From an uncultured Fibrobacteria bacterium (lineage in GTDB: Bacteria > Fibrobacterota > Fibrobacteria > UBA11236), in contig OY970309.1 of the NCBI GenBank assembly GCA_963716395.1, forward strand, positions 1,184,001 through 1,248,000: DNA of 64,000 nucleotides. The letters run 5' to 3'. The notes beneath the pieces were generated by a model that ran no database searches, was not told the origin of the DNA, and was given only the letters and a program-made list of their open reading frames with translations. Shown here in pieces: positions 36,021 to 45,945 of the stretch (position 1 is the stretch's first letter; the number at the start of each line of letters is the position of its first letter). The position numbers and the translations under genes were made by a program.

Positions 36021-36335
36021 ATGCCACGAACGAAAATCCAGTCTTTGGTGTATCAAGGCGAGCCGCTGATCGATATTCGCGGACATTGGGAGCCGTCCGC
36101 GTTGGATGATTTGATCCGCGCCTTTCAAGCGGGCATGGAAAAAGTGGCGGCCCGCCTGTTTTTGCGGATTCCCGATTTGGATTATCTCGACAGCGCGGCC
36201 ATGGGGGTCATCATGCTGCACATGCGCGAAATGTCGCAACGCCAGGCCAAGCTGGTGCTGTTGCAACCTTCGCTGGCCATACGCCATGCCTTGCGCACGG
36301 TTTCGCTGGAAGGGCTGCTCGAAATTCAAGAGTGA
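36021..36335 (+). CDS. STAS domain anti-sigma-factor antagonist
   Basis: LDYLDSAAMGVI motif, about 104 aa. Confidence 0.85.
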   Translation: MPRTKIQSLVYQGEPLIDIRGHWEPSALDDLIRAFQAGMEKVAARLFLRIPDLDYLDSAAMGVIMLHMREMSQRQAKLVLLQPSLAIRHALRTVSLEGLLEIQE

Positions 36336-36366
36336 CGGCCGAGGCATGCACCGGCAGGGCCATCCG

Positions 36367-37950
36367 TTATGGGCCAGGTGACTCCGCGCCCAAGGGAATG
36401 CGCCAGAGATAAACACCCTGCGCCGCATGCGGCGAATCGATCCAAAAACGGGCGCCACGAACACCGCCTTGCACCGGCAGGGATCGCCCACGCAGATCCC
36501 AGAGCCGCACGGCCTGGGGGATCAAATCCGAACGCCAGGGAAGATAAACCGGCAGGTTGCCGGCCATTAGCAAGGTTCCGTCCAGGGGGCGCCGCGTCAC
36601 GGCCAAGGCCTCGGGTCCGGCGGTCAGGGCGCTGTCGGCCCGGGTGGCGTTCACCAGGCCATAGCCCGAAACGCTGTCGGGATTTTGCGCGCGCGAGGCC
36701 GTGGCCATCAGGGCCAGGCGAATGGATTGCGCCGCGGCCCCGGGATGCAATTGCATCAGCAAGGCGCCGATGCCCGCCACCACGGGCGCGGCGAAGCTGG
36801 TGCCGCCCTGAAAAATTTCTCCACTGTTGGCTTCGGGATCGGCCGTGGGCGTGGCGCAACCGTCGGGCCCCACCGACGCCACGTCGGGTTTGATGCGGCC
36901 GTCGGCCGTGGGCCCCGTGCTCGTGTACCAGCAGGGGCTCAGGTTGGCGTCGAGAATGCCCACCGCCAACACGCTGTCGGCATCGGCCGGCGCGCCGATT
37001 GAAGGGGCCGGCAAGTCGCCGTCATTGCCCATGGCGATCGACACCAAAGCGCCGCGGCGCGCCGCCATCAAGGCGGCCAACGAAGAGGGTCGCGTGCGTC
37101 CGTTGAAATCCGCATAGGGAAGATTCGGACTGCGATCGGTGTAATCGTAGCGGTACCCCAGGCTGATGCTGATCACCTGCGCGCCCGAATCCACCGCGCG
37201 CTCGAACGCCGCAGCCACGTAATCCTCTTCGACATAAGTTTCGCTGGAGGTGTCTTCGGATCGATACAGCAGGTATTTCGCTTCCGGCACTAGGCCTTCG
37301 AAGTCGGAGGTTTCGCCCGCCAATAAAGACAACACGGCCGCACCATGGCTGTCGCCCAGGGAATCGGTGACCGCGACCGGCTGATTATGCACGAAATCCC
37401 ATTGATCCACAATGGCGTTCTGCTGCCACAGGTGGGTGAAGCATGCATGTCCCAGGGCGAAGTCGGCGTCGATGATGGCGATGCGCAACCCCTGGCCCGC
37501 AATCAATCCCCGGGCGCTCAAGGTGGCGCGCAAATCGGCGGCGTGAACCAACGTGAACAATTGCTGAAAGGCGCCGAAGTCCTGCGCCGACGTCTTGGCC
37601 AATGCCGCACGACTCCGCCTGGAAGGGAGTTTGACCCGCGGCGCCCGATGCGGCATTTCCTCAGCCGAAAGCACCATGGGCAATTGCGCCACTTGCGCGA
37701 GGTGGTTTTTGGCGATATACCCGGACACCAGATTCTGCCATTTCAGTGTCACATCGGGTGTGAATCCTGCTTGCCGCAGACGCTGCAAATACGGTGCGTA
37801 AACCGGGGCGTCTTCGTAGGCACGACCTGAAAGCGGCGACGGACCTTTGTCGCGCAAACGCACCCAGACCTTGATGGTATCGCCGCTCCCCAGGGCGCGC
37901 GCCGGACCGCACAGCGCCAGGCATACAACCCCTAAGACCAAAGCACGCAT
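36367..37950 (-). CDS. Secreted S8 (subtilisin-like) serine peptidase with C-terminal sorting-domain-like tail
   Basis: IAIIDAD, SHG, GND, GGTSFAAP, GYG; tail LWDLRGR..GVYLWR. Confidence 0.9.
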   Translation of the reverse strand: MRALVLGVVCLALCGPARALGSGDTIKVWVRLRDKGPSPLSGRAYEDAPVYAPYLQRLRQAGFTPDVTLKWQNLVSGYIAKNHLAQVAQLPMVLSAEEMPHRAPRVKLPSRRSRAALAKTSAQDFGAFQQLFTLVHAADLRATLSARGLIAGQGLRIAIIDADFALGHACFTHLWQQNAIVDQWDFVHNQPVAVTDSLGDSHGAAVLSLLAGETSDFEGLVPEAKYLLYRSEDTSSETYVEEDYVAAAFERAVDSGAQVISISLGYRYDYTDRSPNLPYADFNGRTRPSSLAALMAARRGALVSIAMGNDGDLPAPSIGAPADADSVLAVGILDANLSPCWYTSTGPTADGRIKPDVASVGPDGCATPTADPEANSGEIFQGGTSFAAPVVAGIGALLMQLHPGAAAQSIRLALMATASRAQNPDSVSGYGLVNATRADSALTAGPEALAVTRRPLDGTLLMAGNLPVYLPWRSDLIPQAVRLWDLRGRSLPVQGGVRGARFWIDSPHAAQGVYLWRIPLGAESPGP

Positions 37951-37955
37951 GAGAC

Positions 37956-38120
37956 TAGAACCTATCTCAAATGTCCTTCGTAGGTCAAGCGGGAGCGAGA
38001 ACGAGCGCCGCCAGGAGCCCGAAGCAAGCGATATGGTCTGAATATCGCTGATGCAGGGCGACGCCGCGGCGCGAAGTTCGCAGCCCGGCGGCTCCAGAAG
38101 GATATTTGAGATAGGTTCTA
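37956..38120. mobile_element. MITE-like element with 24-bp terminal inverted repeats (including flanking TA)
   Basis: TAGAACCTATCTCAAATGTCCTTC (37956-37979) versus the reverse complement of 38097-38120: 23/24 identical; internal hairpin AGCGATAT/ATATCGCT. Confidence 0.8.
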
Positions 38121-38153
38121 AGCTATTATTGAAAACCTGATACAAAGGGGCGT

Positions 38154-39656
38154 TTGCGCGTGATTCCCTCCTTGGATTCCCTTCGGGACCGGTCAAAACT
38201 GGGGAATGTCATTCCCCTTGTACGCGATTTTCTTCCGGATTTGGAAACACCCATCACGGCCCTGTTCAAGCTGCGCCGACCCGGATCGCGCACCTTTTTG
38301 CTCGAAAGCGTGGAAATCGGAGAGAAACTGGCCCGTTACTCTTTTCTGGGCCGTGACCCGTTGTACGTGTTTCGCGCCCGCGGGCGCAATATCGAAATCT
38401 TCGGCCACGAATCCAAAAACTTCGCGGGCGAAGCGTTGGCCGAATTCCGTGCTTTCTTGGGCCGGTTCCGCGGCGTTCCCGACGCGGATTTGCCCGCCTT
38501 TGCGGGCGGCGCGGTGGGCTTCTTCGCGTATGACTCCATCCGGCTGGTGGAAAGTATTCCCGAACAAGGCCGCGACGATTATGGCCTTTGCGATCTCGAC
38601 TTCGGCTTGTACGAAGCCTTCGTGGTCTTCGATCACCTGAAGCACCGCTTGCGCATCGTCGCCAACGTCATGCCTGACGAATGGGGCGGACTCGAACCCG
38701 CGACTCAACGCGCCCTGTCGCTCATGGATGCGCTGGAACGCGATCTGCGCGCGCCCTTGCCGACTGCCGCGCAAACCACGCCGGTTTCGCCCGAGGTGCC
38801 CGCGGCGTTACCCTGGACATCGAATATGCCGCGCGCCCGCTTTCTCGACGGCGTGCGACGCTGCCAGGAATACATTCGCGCCGGCGACGCGTTTCAAATC
38901 GTGCTGTCGCAGCGTTACGAAACCAAAACGCGGGCCGACGGAATCTCCATTTACCGGTGCCTGCGCGCCATCAATCCTTCGCCTTACATGTATTACCTCG
39001 ACTACGGCGGCTTCGAAGTGGTGGGCGCCTCGCCCGAGACCTTGGTCAAGGTGCAGGGCGGGCACTGCGAAACCAAACCTATCGCGGGCACGCGGCGCCG
39101 CGGGCGCGACGAAAGCGAAGACGCCAAGCTGTCGGCGGAATTGTTCGCCGATCCCAAAGAGCGGGCTGAACACGTGATGCTGGTCGATCTGGGCCGCAAC
39201 GATTTGGGCCGCGTGTGCGCCTACGGCAGCGTGCACGTACCCGAATTCATGGTGCTCGAACGCCTGAGCCACGTCATGCACATCGTGTCGGTGGCGCGCG
39301 GAAAACTCCGTGACGGCGCGCATGCCCTGGACGCGCTGATGTCGTGTTTGCCCGCCGGCACGCTTTCGGGGGCGCCCAAAATCCGGGCCATGCAAATCAT
39401 CGACGACCTCGAACCCACGCGGCGCGGGCTGTACGGCGGCGCCGTATGCTATCTCGACTTTCGCGGCAATCTGGATTCGTGCATCGCCATCCGCACCTTG
39501 TTGCTGCAAAACGGCGTGGCCTATGTGCAGGCCGGGGGCGGCATCGTGGCCGATTCGCAACCCGACGCCGAATTCGACGAATCGCGCTATAAGGCCCGGG
39601 CCTGCATGCTGGCGGTGGAACAGGCCGAACCGTCGGGCGCACGGGGGCCGGCGTGA
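38154..39656 (+). CDS. trpE: Anthranilate synthase component I
   Basis: [44 protein letters not shown]. Confidence 0.95.
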   Translation: MRVIPSLDSLRDRSKLGNVIPLVRDFLPDLETPITALFKLRRPGSRTFLLESVEIGEKLARYSFLGRDPLYVFRARGRNIEIFGHESKNFAGEALAEFRAFLGRFRGVPDADLPAFAGGAVGFFAYDSIRLVESIPEQGRDDYGLCDLDFGLYEAFVVFDHLKHRLRIVANVMPDEWGGLEPATQRALSLMDALERDLRAPLPTAAQTTPVSPEVPAALPWTSNMPRARFLDGVRRCQEYIRAGDAFQIVLSQRYETKTRADGISIYRCLRAINPSPYMYYLDYGGFEVVGASPETLVKVQGGHCETKPIAGTRRRGRDESEDAKLSAELFADPKERAEHVMLVDLGRNDLGRVCAYGSVHVPEFMVLERLSHVMHIVSVARGKLRDGAHALDALMSCLPAGTLSGAPKIRAMQIIDDLEPTRRGLYGGAVCYLDFRGNLDSCIAIRTLLLQNGVAYVQAGGGIVADSQPDAEFDESRYKARACMLAVEQAEPSGARGPA

Positions 39657-40234
39657 TCCTCTTTCTCGACAATTACGATTCCTTCACCTACAACCTGGTG
39701 CAATACCTGGGCGAGATGAACCCGGACCTGCGCGTGGTGCGTAACGATACAGTTACGGTGGCCGAAGTGCTGGCGATGCATCCCGATCACATCGTAGTGT
39801 CGCCCGGGCCGTGCACGCCGGCCGAAGCCGGCATTTCGGTGGAACTCATCCGCGCCGTGCCGCCCGCCATTCCGTTGCTGGGCGTATGCCTGGGGCATCA
39901 GGCCATCGGCGCGGCCTTCGGCGGCCAGGTGGTGCGCGCTCCCCTGCCCATGCACGGCAAGGTATCGGAGATCGCCTGCAACCAGCGCGATTTGTTCGCG
40001 GGCCTGCCTCCGACCTTCACGGCCACCCGTTACCATTCGCTGATCGTGGCGCGCGACGGATTGCCGGACGCGCTGGAGGTCACCGCCACCTGCCGCGATC
40101 CGGGCGGCGAAATCATCATGGGGCTAAGGCACAAGACGCGGCCGATCTTCGGGGTACAATTTCACCCCGAGTCGATTCTCACGCAGAACGGCAAGGCCCT
40201 CTTGAAAAATTTTCTCGCTTTTTCCGGAGCGTAA
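39653..40234 (+). CDS. trpG: Anthranilate synthase component II
   Basis: [28 protein letters not shown]. Confidence 0.95.
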   Translation: MILFLDNYDSFTYNLVQYLGEMNPDLRVVRNDTVTVAEVLAMHPDHIVVSPGPCTPAEAGISVELIRAVPPAIPLLGVCLGHQAIGAAFGGQVVRAPLPMHGKVSEIACNQRDLFAGLPPTFTATRYHSLIVARDGLPDALEVTATCRDPGGEIIMGLRHKTRPIFGVQFHPESILTQNGKALLKNFLAFSGA

Positions 40235-40235
40235 C

Positions 40236-41252
40236 ATGGACGTCACCTTGCTCGGCAAATTAATCCGCGGCGAAAATCTGGCTTTCGCCGAAATGCATTC
40301 GGCCATGGAAAGCATCATGGAGGGCGCCGCGACCCCGGCGCAAATCGCGGGCTTTCTCGTCGCCCTGCGCATCAAGGGCGAGACGCCGGAAGAGATTGCG
40401 GCTGCGGCCGAGATTCTGCGCGCCAAGGCGGTGAGCGTTCCCGTAGCGCGCGCCGACGTCATCGACACCTGCGGCACGGGCGGCGATCACAGCGGCACCT
40501 TCAATATTTCCACGGCTGCCGCCGTCGTGGCCGCAGGCGCGGGGGCCGCGGTGGCCAAGCACGGCAACCGCGCCATCAGCAGCCGGTGCGGGAGCGCCAA
40601 CGTGCTGCAGGAGCTGGGAGTGAATCTCGAATTGCCCCCGGAGCGGGTCGGCGCCTGCGTCGACAAGGTGGGCGTGGGATTTTTGTTCGCGCCCAAGCTG
40701 CATCCGGCCTGGAAGCATGTGGCCGGACCACGCCAGGAGTTGGGGCAGCGCACGCTGTTCAACCTCATGGGTCCTTTGCTCAATCCCGCGCGTGCGCAGC
40801 GCCAGGTGATCGGCGTGTTCGACGTCAAGCTGACACGGGTGCTGGCCGAAGTCTTGCAGCGCCTGGGTTCCAAGCACGTGCTGGTGGTGGCGGGACGCGA
40901 CGGTCTGGACGAAATCACTTTGTGCGCACCCACGCACGTGACCGAACTCAAAGACGGAACGCTGCGCGAATTTGAATTACATCCCGAAGAAATGGGGTTT
41001 GCGCTGGCGAAAAAAGAAGACCTGCTCGGCGGCGAGGCCCCGCAGAATGCGGCCATTTTGCGATCGGTGTTCCATAATGTTCCGGGTCCGCAACGCGACG
41101 TGGTCTTGCTCAACGCGGCCGCGGCCCTGTATGTGTCGGGCCTGGCGAAGAATTTGAAAGCGGGCGTGGAAAAAGCCGCCTTGGCGCTGGAAAGCGGCGC
41201 GGCGCGTGCCACGCTTGAAGCCTGGGTACGGTTTTCGCAGCGCCCGGGCTGA
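40236..41252 (+). CDS. trpD: Anthranilate phosphoribosyltransferase
   Basis: DTCGTGGD, FNIST, KHGNR, DGLDE. Confidence 0.95.
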   Translation: MDVTLLGKLIRGENLAFAEMHSAMESIMEGAATPAQIAGFLVALRIKGETPEEIAAAAEILRAKAVSVPVARADVIDTCGTGGDHSGTFNISTAAAVVAAGAGAAVAKHGNRAISSRCGSANVLQELGVNLELPPERVGACVDKVGVGFLFAPKLHPAWKHVAGPRQELGQRTLFNLMGPLLNPARAQRQVIGVFDVKLTRVLAEVLQRLGSKHVLVVAGRDGLDEITLCAPTHVTELKDGTLREFELHPEEMGFALAKKEDLLGGEAPQNAAILRSVFHNVPGPQRDVVLLNAAAALYVSGLAKNLKAGVEKAALALESGAARATLEAWVRFSQRPG

Positions 41253-41256
41253 AGGG

Positions 41257-41841
41257 CTATTCTTTGGCGCGTGCCAAGGCGGACTCGATGCGGCGATCCG
41301 GAATGATCCAAATCAGCGCCACCAAAACATAGAGGCTAAGGGAAATCCAGGTGGCTGCGAAGGCCGAAGGAATGGCCGCGGCGTAAAACACCAGGGAAAT
41401 TTTGCCTTTGAAGTCGCGGCCCACGGCGGCGGCCAGCACCGATTCGCGGCCGTGATGCGCGACCAGGGCCCGCACCAGCAGAAAATACGCGAAAGCCGAT
41501 AAGAGCAGCAGGATGCCGTAAAGCGCCACAGGCCAGGCCGCAAAACAATTTTCGCCCATCCAGGCGGTGACGAAGGGCGTGAGCGAAAGCCAGAATAAAA
41601 GATGCAGGTTGGCCCAGAGCACGCGGCCGTTGACCTGATGCGCGGCCTGGAACAAATGATGGTGGTTGTTCCAGTAAATGCCGATGAATACGAAGCTCAA
41701 GGCGTAGCTTAAAAACGCCGCGCCTAGGGAGCGCAAGGCGCCCAGGTGGATCGCATGCGGCGCTTTCAACTCCAGAACCATGATGGTGATGATGATGGCG
41801 ATGACGCCATCGCTGAACGCTTCGATTCTGCCTTTGCCCAT
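41257..41841 (-). CDS. TMEM175 family potassium channel
   Basis: RIEAFSDGVIAIIITIMVLE, YWNNHHH. Confidence 0.92.
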   Translation of the reverse strand: MGKGRIEAFSDGVIAIIITIMVLELKAPHAIHLGALRSLGAAFLSYALSFVFIGIYWNNHHHLFQAAHQVNGRVLWANLHLLFWLSLTPFVTAWMGENCFAAWPVALYGILLLLSAFAYFLLVRALVAHHGRESVLAAAVGRDFKGKISLVFYAAAIPSAFAATWISLSLYVLVALIWIIPDRRIESALARAKE

Positions 41842-41966
41842 GCCCGAGTTCCGGCCTACATGGTAAAAATCCGCGCGGCCGGATTTGCAGCGATCCCCTT
41901 GGCCCGTTCGACAGTGTCGAGGGGGCGATTGGTATGTTTACCCATGGCCCACCCGAGGATCCTCCC

Positions 41967-43001
41967 ATGAGCGACGCCATTTTAAGCACGATTCCCTTGG
42001 GTTTCGTGTGGCAGACGCCGGACCCGTTTTTGTTTTGCGTGCATCACCGCGACGACTATCCCCCCGGCAACGAAAACCTGGGCCCGGCGGCGCCCCTGAC
42101 CGACCGCAACCTCGGGAATGATTTCGAGGGCCAGGACGGCTGGCGCATGTACCACGGCCAAGCCGTGCCGGGGTTTCCGCAGCATCCGCATCGCGGCTTT
42201 GAAACGGTAACCTTGGTGCGGCGCGGCTTCATCGACCATTCCGATTCGCTGGGAGCCGTCGCCCGCTTCGGCCGGGGCGACGCGCAATGGCTCACGGCCG
42301 GCCGCGGCATCGTGCATTCTGAAATGTTTCCCCTGCTCGATTCCCAAAAGTCCAATCCGCTCGAACTGTTCCAGATTTGGCTCAACCTTCCGGCCGCTGC
42401 GAAAATGGCCGATCCCTACTTCACCATGCTCTGGAACCGAGACATTCCCAAGCTGGCGGCGCCCGATGCCGACGGGCGTATTACCGAGGTTACCGTGGTG
42501 GCCGGGCGCTATCGCGCGGCCCAAGCCCCGCCGCCCCCGCCGCATTCCTGGGCGGCGCGGGCCGACGCCGACGTGGCCATTTGGGGCCTGCGGATGGAAC
42601 CCGGCGCGCAATGGACCTTGCCGGCCGCCGCGCCGGGAAGCAACCGCACCCTGTATTTTTTCCAAGGCGGTTCGCTAAGCATTGCCAGCCTCGATCTCAA
42701 GGCGGGCACGGGAATTGTGCTGCGGCCCGAATCCGAAGCCCGCTTGGAAAACGGAGGCGCGGCCTCCGAACTCCTGCTCCTGCAGGGGCGGCCCATCGGC
42801 GAACCCGTGGCCCAATACGGTCCTTTCGTGATGAACTCGCGCGCCGAAATCGAGCAGGCCTTTCGCGATTACCAGCGCACCCGCTTCGGCGGCTGGCCCT
42901 GGCCCAGCGACGAACCCGTGCATGCGCGGGGAGAAGGCCGCTTCGCGCGCCATGCCGACGGCCGGCTGGAACGAAAAGACAATCCGTCCTTCGACGTATG
43001 A
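41967..43001 (+). CDS. Pirin family protein
   Basis: GFPQHPHRGFETVT, HSDS, GIVHSEM, QIWLNLP, GPFVMN. Confidence 0.92.
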   Translation: MSDAILSTIPLGFVWQTPDPFLFCVHHRDDYPPGNENLGPAAPLTDRNLGNDFEGQDGWRMYHGQAVPGFPQHPHRGFETVTLVRRGFIDHSDSLGAVARFGRGDAQWLTAGRGIVHSEMFPLLDSQKSNPLELFQIWLNLPAAAKMADPYFTMLWNRDIPKLAAPDADGRITEVTVVAGRYRAAQAPPPPPHSWAARADADVAIWGLRMEPGAQWTLPAAAPGSNRTLYFFQGGSLSIASLDLKAGTGIVLRPESEARLENGGAASELLLLQGRPIGEPVAQYGPFVMNSRAEIEQAFRDYQRTRFGGWPWPSDEPVHARGEGRFARHADGRLERKDNPSFDV

Positions 43002-43276
43002 CGTGTTCCGAGAATTCCGGCAAGACGTCGCCGGTGGTGGATCATGGCCGTTGCGAAGGCAAAAGCGAATGCGTGGCGGTTTGTCCTTACGGCGTCTTTG
43101 CCGTGCGCCGTATCGAAGATCGGGATTTCGCCGCGCTGGGTCTGTTCTCGAAGCTGAAGGTTCTGGCCCATGGAAAAAAATCGGCCTACACTCCGCATGC
43201 CGACCTGTGCCATGCCTGTGGACTGTGCGTGGCCGCCTGCCCGGAAAAAGCCATTCGCTTGACGCCGGTTTTATAG
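42998..43276 (+). CDS. 4Fe-4S ferredoxin family protein
   Basis: CEGKSECVAVCP and CHACGLCVAACP. Confidence 0.88.
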   Translation: MTCSENSGKTSPVVDHGRCEGKSECVAVCPYGVFAVRRIEDRDFAALGLFSKLKVLAHGKKSAYTPHADLCHACGLCVAACPEKAIRLTPVL

Positions 43277-43288
43277 CTTGTTCGTTTC

Positions 43289-44455
43289 ATGCGTTTTTCC
43301 AGAATTCTGGTCGTTCTGACCATTTTGTCGGGCCTTTCCTTGCTGGTTCACCGCTATCTGTGGCTGCGCCTGGTACGCGATGCGGCGTGGCCGAAGCCGT
43401 GGGGCGTCATCCTCACCGTGCTCTTGTTCACCTTAGCGGCCCTGATTCCCCTGGTATTCATCACCATGCGATCCGCACCGCGATCCTGGGGCGGCCCGCT
43501 GGCATGGGTGGGATATACCTGGATGGGTTTCATGTTCTACCTGTTGGTGTTCAGCGCCCTCGGCGACGCGGGCCTGGGCACGGTTTCGGCGTTCGGCTTG
43601 ATGCCGGCTGATCCGGCCCAGCGCCGATTCGTGGCGCGCGCCCTGGCTCTCGGCATCGGCGTTCTTTCCGGAGGCGTGGGGTTGACCGGACTTTGGAACG
43701 TCACACGCGGGTTCCGCGTGCGCCGAGTCCGCGTGCCCCTGGCGAAATGGCCGCAGGCCGCCTCGGGTTATGTCATCGCCCAAATCTCCGACGTGCATGT
43801 GGGACCCACCCTCGGCCGCGGATTCGTAGAGGACGTCGTGCGCGAAACCAACGCCCTGAATCCGGATCTCATCGCCATCACCGGCGATCTCGTCGACGGA
43901 ACCGTGGAGCAATTGCGCGATCAGGTAGAGCCTTTGCGCGGTTTGAAGGCCCGTGACGGCGTGTACTTCGTGACCGGCAACCACGAATATTATTCCGGGG
44001 CCGACGACTGGGTGGCCTATCTGCAAACCTTGGGCATCCGCGTCTTGCGGAACGAACACGTTCAGATCCGCGACGTGTTCGAGCTGGCGGGCGTCGACGA
44101 TTATAGTGCGGCCCGCATGCTGCCCCATCACGGCCAAGACGTGGCCAAAGCCCTGTCCGGCCGCAATCCCGACCACGCGCTGGTGCTGCTGGCGCACCAG
44201 CCCAAATCCTTCAAAGAGGCTGGGCCGGCCGGAGTCGATTTACAATTGTCGGGACACGTGCATGGGGGGCAGATGGTGCCGTTCAATTGGGTGACCTATT
44301 TCGAGCAGCCCTTTGTCGCCGGGCTTTACCGCGAAAACCAATCCTGGATTTACGTGAGCGAAGGCACCGGGTATTGGGGTCCGCCCATGCGCGTGGGAAC
44401 GCGATCCGAAATCACACGCCTCGAATTGGTTCGCGCCCGTGAGGCCGAGGCATGA
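43289..44455 (+). CDS. Membrane-bound metallophosphoesterase (YkuE/YaeI-like)
   Basis: SDVH, TGDLVD, GNHE, LAHQP, GHVHGGQ. Confidence 0.92.
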   Translation: MRFSRILVVLTILSGLSLLVHRYLWLRLVRDAAWPKPWGVILTVLLFTLAALIPLVFITMRSAPRSWGGPLAWVGYTWMGFMFYLLVFSALGDAGLGTVSAFGLMPADPAQRRFVARALALGIGVLSGGVGLTGLWNVTRGFRVRRVRVPLAKWPQAASGYVIAQISDVHVGPTLGRGFVEDVVRETNALNPDLIAITGDLVDGTVEQLRDQVEPLRGLKARDGVYFVTGNHEYYSGADDWVAYLQTLGIRVLRNEHVQIRDVFELAGVDDYSAARMLPHHGQDVAKALSGRNPDHALVLLAHQPKSFKEAGPAGVDLQLSGHVHGGQMVPFNWVTYFEQPFVAGLYRENQSWIYVSEGTGYWGPPMRVGTRSEITRLELVRAREAEA

Positions 44456-45237
44456 GCCCCGAGGCGGGTAACCGCATGCCGGCGCTGTTCATCGAGCACG
44501 GTAGTCCGCTGGTTCTCGAAGACCGGGCCTGGCAGGCCGATCTGCACCGGGTCGCGACGGAGTTACCCCGGCCGCGAGCCATCCTCATCTTTTCCGCGCA
44601 TTGGGAAGAATCGGGTTTTTATCTCGGAGCCACCCGACCCGTTCCCTTGGAATACGACTATTTCGGCTTTCCCGATCATTATTACCGCGTCAGCTATGCA
44701 CCTCCGGGCGCACCGGATCTGGGCGATCGCGTCGCCGGATTGACCCAGGCCTTGGGGCCTTTGCAGCGCACCGACCGTGGTTTGGACCACGGCGCGTTCA
44801 TTCCGCTTATGGCCATGTATCCGTCGGCCGACATTCCCGTCTTGCAAATGGCCATACCTTCGGAAGATCCGCAGGCACTGTTGGCGTTGGGCCGGGCCTT
44901 GGCGCCTTTACGCGACGAAGGGGTTTTGCTGCTCGGCGGCGGCTATTTGATCCATAACCTTCGGCTCATCCGACCCGGTCCCGACGCGCCGACGCCGGAA
45001 TGGGCGCTGGCCTTTGATGCCTGGGTCGCCGACGCATTGGCGCGCAAAGACATCGCTGCTCTGACGCGTTATCGTTCCGAGGCCCCGCATGTCAGACTGG
45101 CGCTACCCACGGTCGAACATTTTCTGCCGCTATTCATTCCCTTGGGGGCTTCCACCGACCCCGCAGAAAAGGTTTCGTTTCCCCTGACCGGATTCACCTT
45201 CGGCTGCATGACGCGCCGCAGCGTGCGCTGGGGCTGA
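44452..45237 (+). CDS. DODA/LigB-type extradiol dioxygenase (YgiD-like)
   Basis: HGSP, SAHW, RGLDHG, HNL, PTVEHFLPL. Confidence 0.9.
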   Translation: MSPEAGNRMPALFIEHGSPLVLEDRAWQADLHRVATELPRPRAILIFSAHWEESGFYLGATRPVPLEYDYFGFPDHYYRVSYAPPGAPDLGDRVAGLTQALGPLQRTDRGLDHGAFIPLMAMYPSADIPVLQMAIPSEDPQALLALGRALAPLRDEGVLLLGGGYLIHNLRLIRPGPDAPTPEWALAFDAWVADALARKDIAALTRYRSEAPHVRLALPTVEHFLPLFIPLGASTDPAEKVSFPLTGFTFGCMTRRSVRWG

Positions 45238-45299
45238 ACGCCTTCGCGTTCGATCCGAAACCTGTAGCGGATTGGCCGCGCGTCGCGCGAAACGGCGTC

Positions 45300-45315
45300 T
45301 GTGAATCTGATCACA
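45300..45315. promoter_or_regulatory. Consensus CRP-type site
   Basis: TGTGA-ATCTGA-TCACA, 46 bp upstream of the ORF6N start. Confidence 0.55.
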
Positions 45316-45361
45316 CTCCTGAATGATCCGGAAAATTATATCCGGTGCAAAAGGAGGCGTT

Positions 45362-45877
45362 GTGGCGAACTTGATCCCTTCCGGACAAATCGAATCCCGC
45401 ATCTTGTTGCTCCGCGGGCAGAAAGTTCTGCTCGATCGCGATCTGGCGAATCTTTACGGCGTGCCGACCAAGGTTTTGAATCAAGCGGTCAAGCGCAATC
45501 TCAAACGTTTCCCCAGTGATTTCATGTTCCAACTGAACCCCACCGAAGCCAAAGTTTTGCGGTCACAAATTGTGACCGCAAACGAAGCGCGTGGCGGCCT
45601 CCGTACCCGGCCTTACGCCTTCACCGAACACGGCGTGGCCATGCTGGCCAGCGTTTTGCACAGCGAGCGCGCGATCGCGGTCAATATCGCCATCGTGCGC
45701 GCCTTTGTGCGGCTGCGTGAATTCCTGGCGACGCACCAGGATTTGGCCCGGCGGATGGCGAAGCTTGAAAAAAGCTATGACGCGCAATTCCATGCGGTAT
45801 TCGCCGCCATGCATCGACTCATGGGAGTCGCCAAGAAAAAGTCGCGACGGAAATTGAGGTGTGTCCAAGAAAATTGA
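45362..45877 (+). CDS. ORF6N domain DNA-binding protein
   Basis: RGQKVLLDRDLA.LYGV, NQAVKRN..RFPSDFMFQL, PYAFTEHGVAML; AAGGAGG RBS. Confidence 0.9.
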   Translation: MANLIPSGQIESRILLLRGQKVLLDRDLANLYGVPTKVLNQAVKRNLKRFPSDFMFQLNPTEAKVLRSQIVTANEARGGLRTRPYAFTEHGVAMLASVLHSERAIAVNIAIVRAFVRLREFLATHQDLARRMAKLEKSYDAQFHAVFAAMHRLMGVAKKKSRRKLRCVQEN

Positions 45878-45945
45878 AAAACCCGTCGCCTCCTCGGGTC
45901 ACCGCACGCCGCGCCCCGTGAAACTCTTTTTATAATGCAGTCGCC

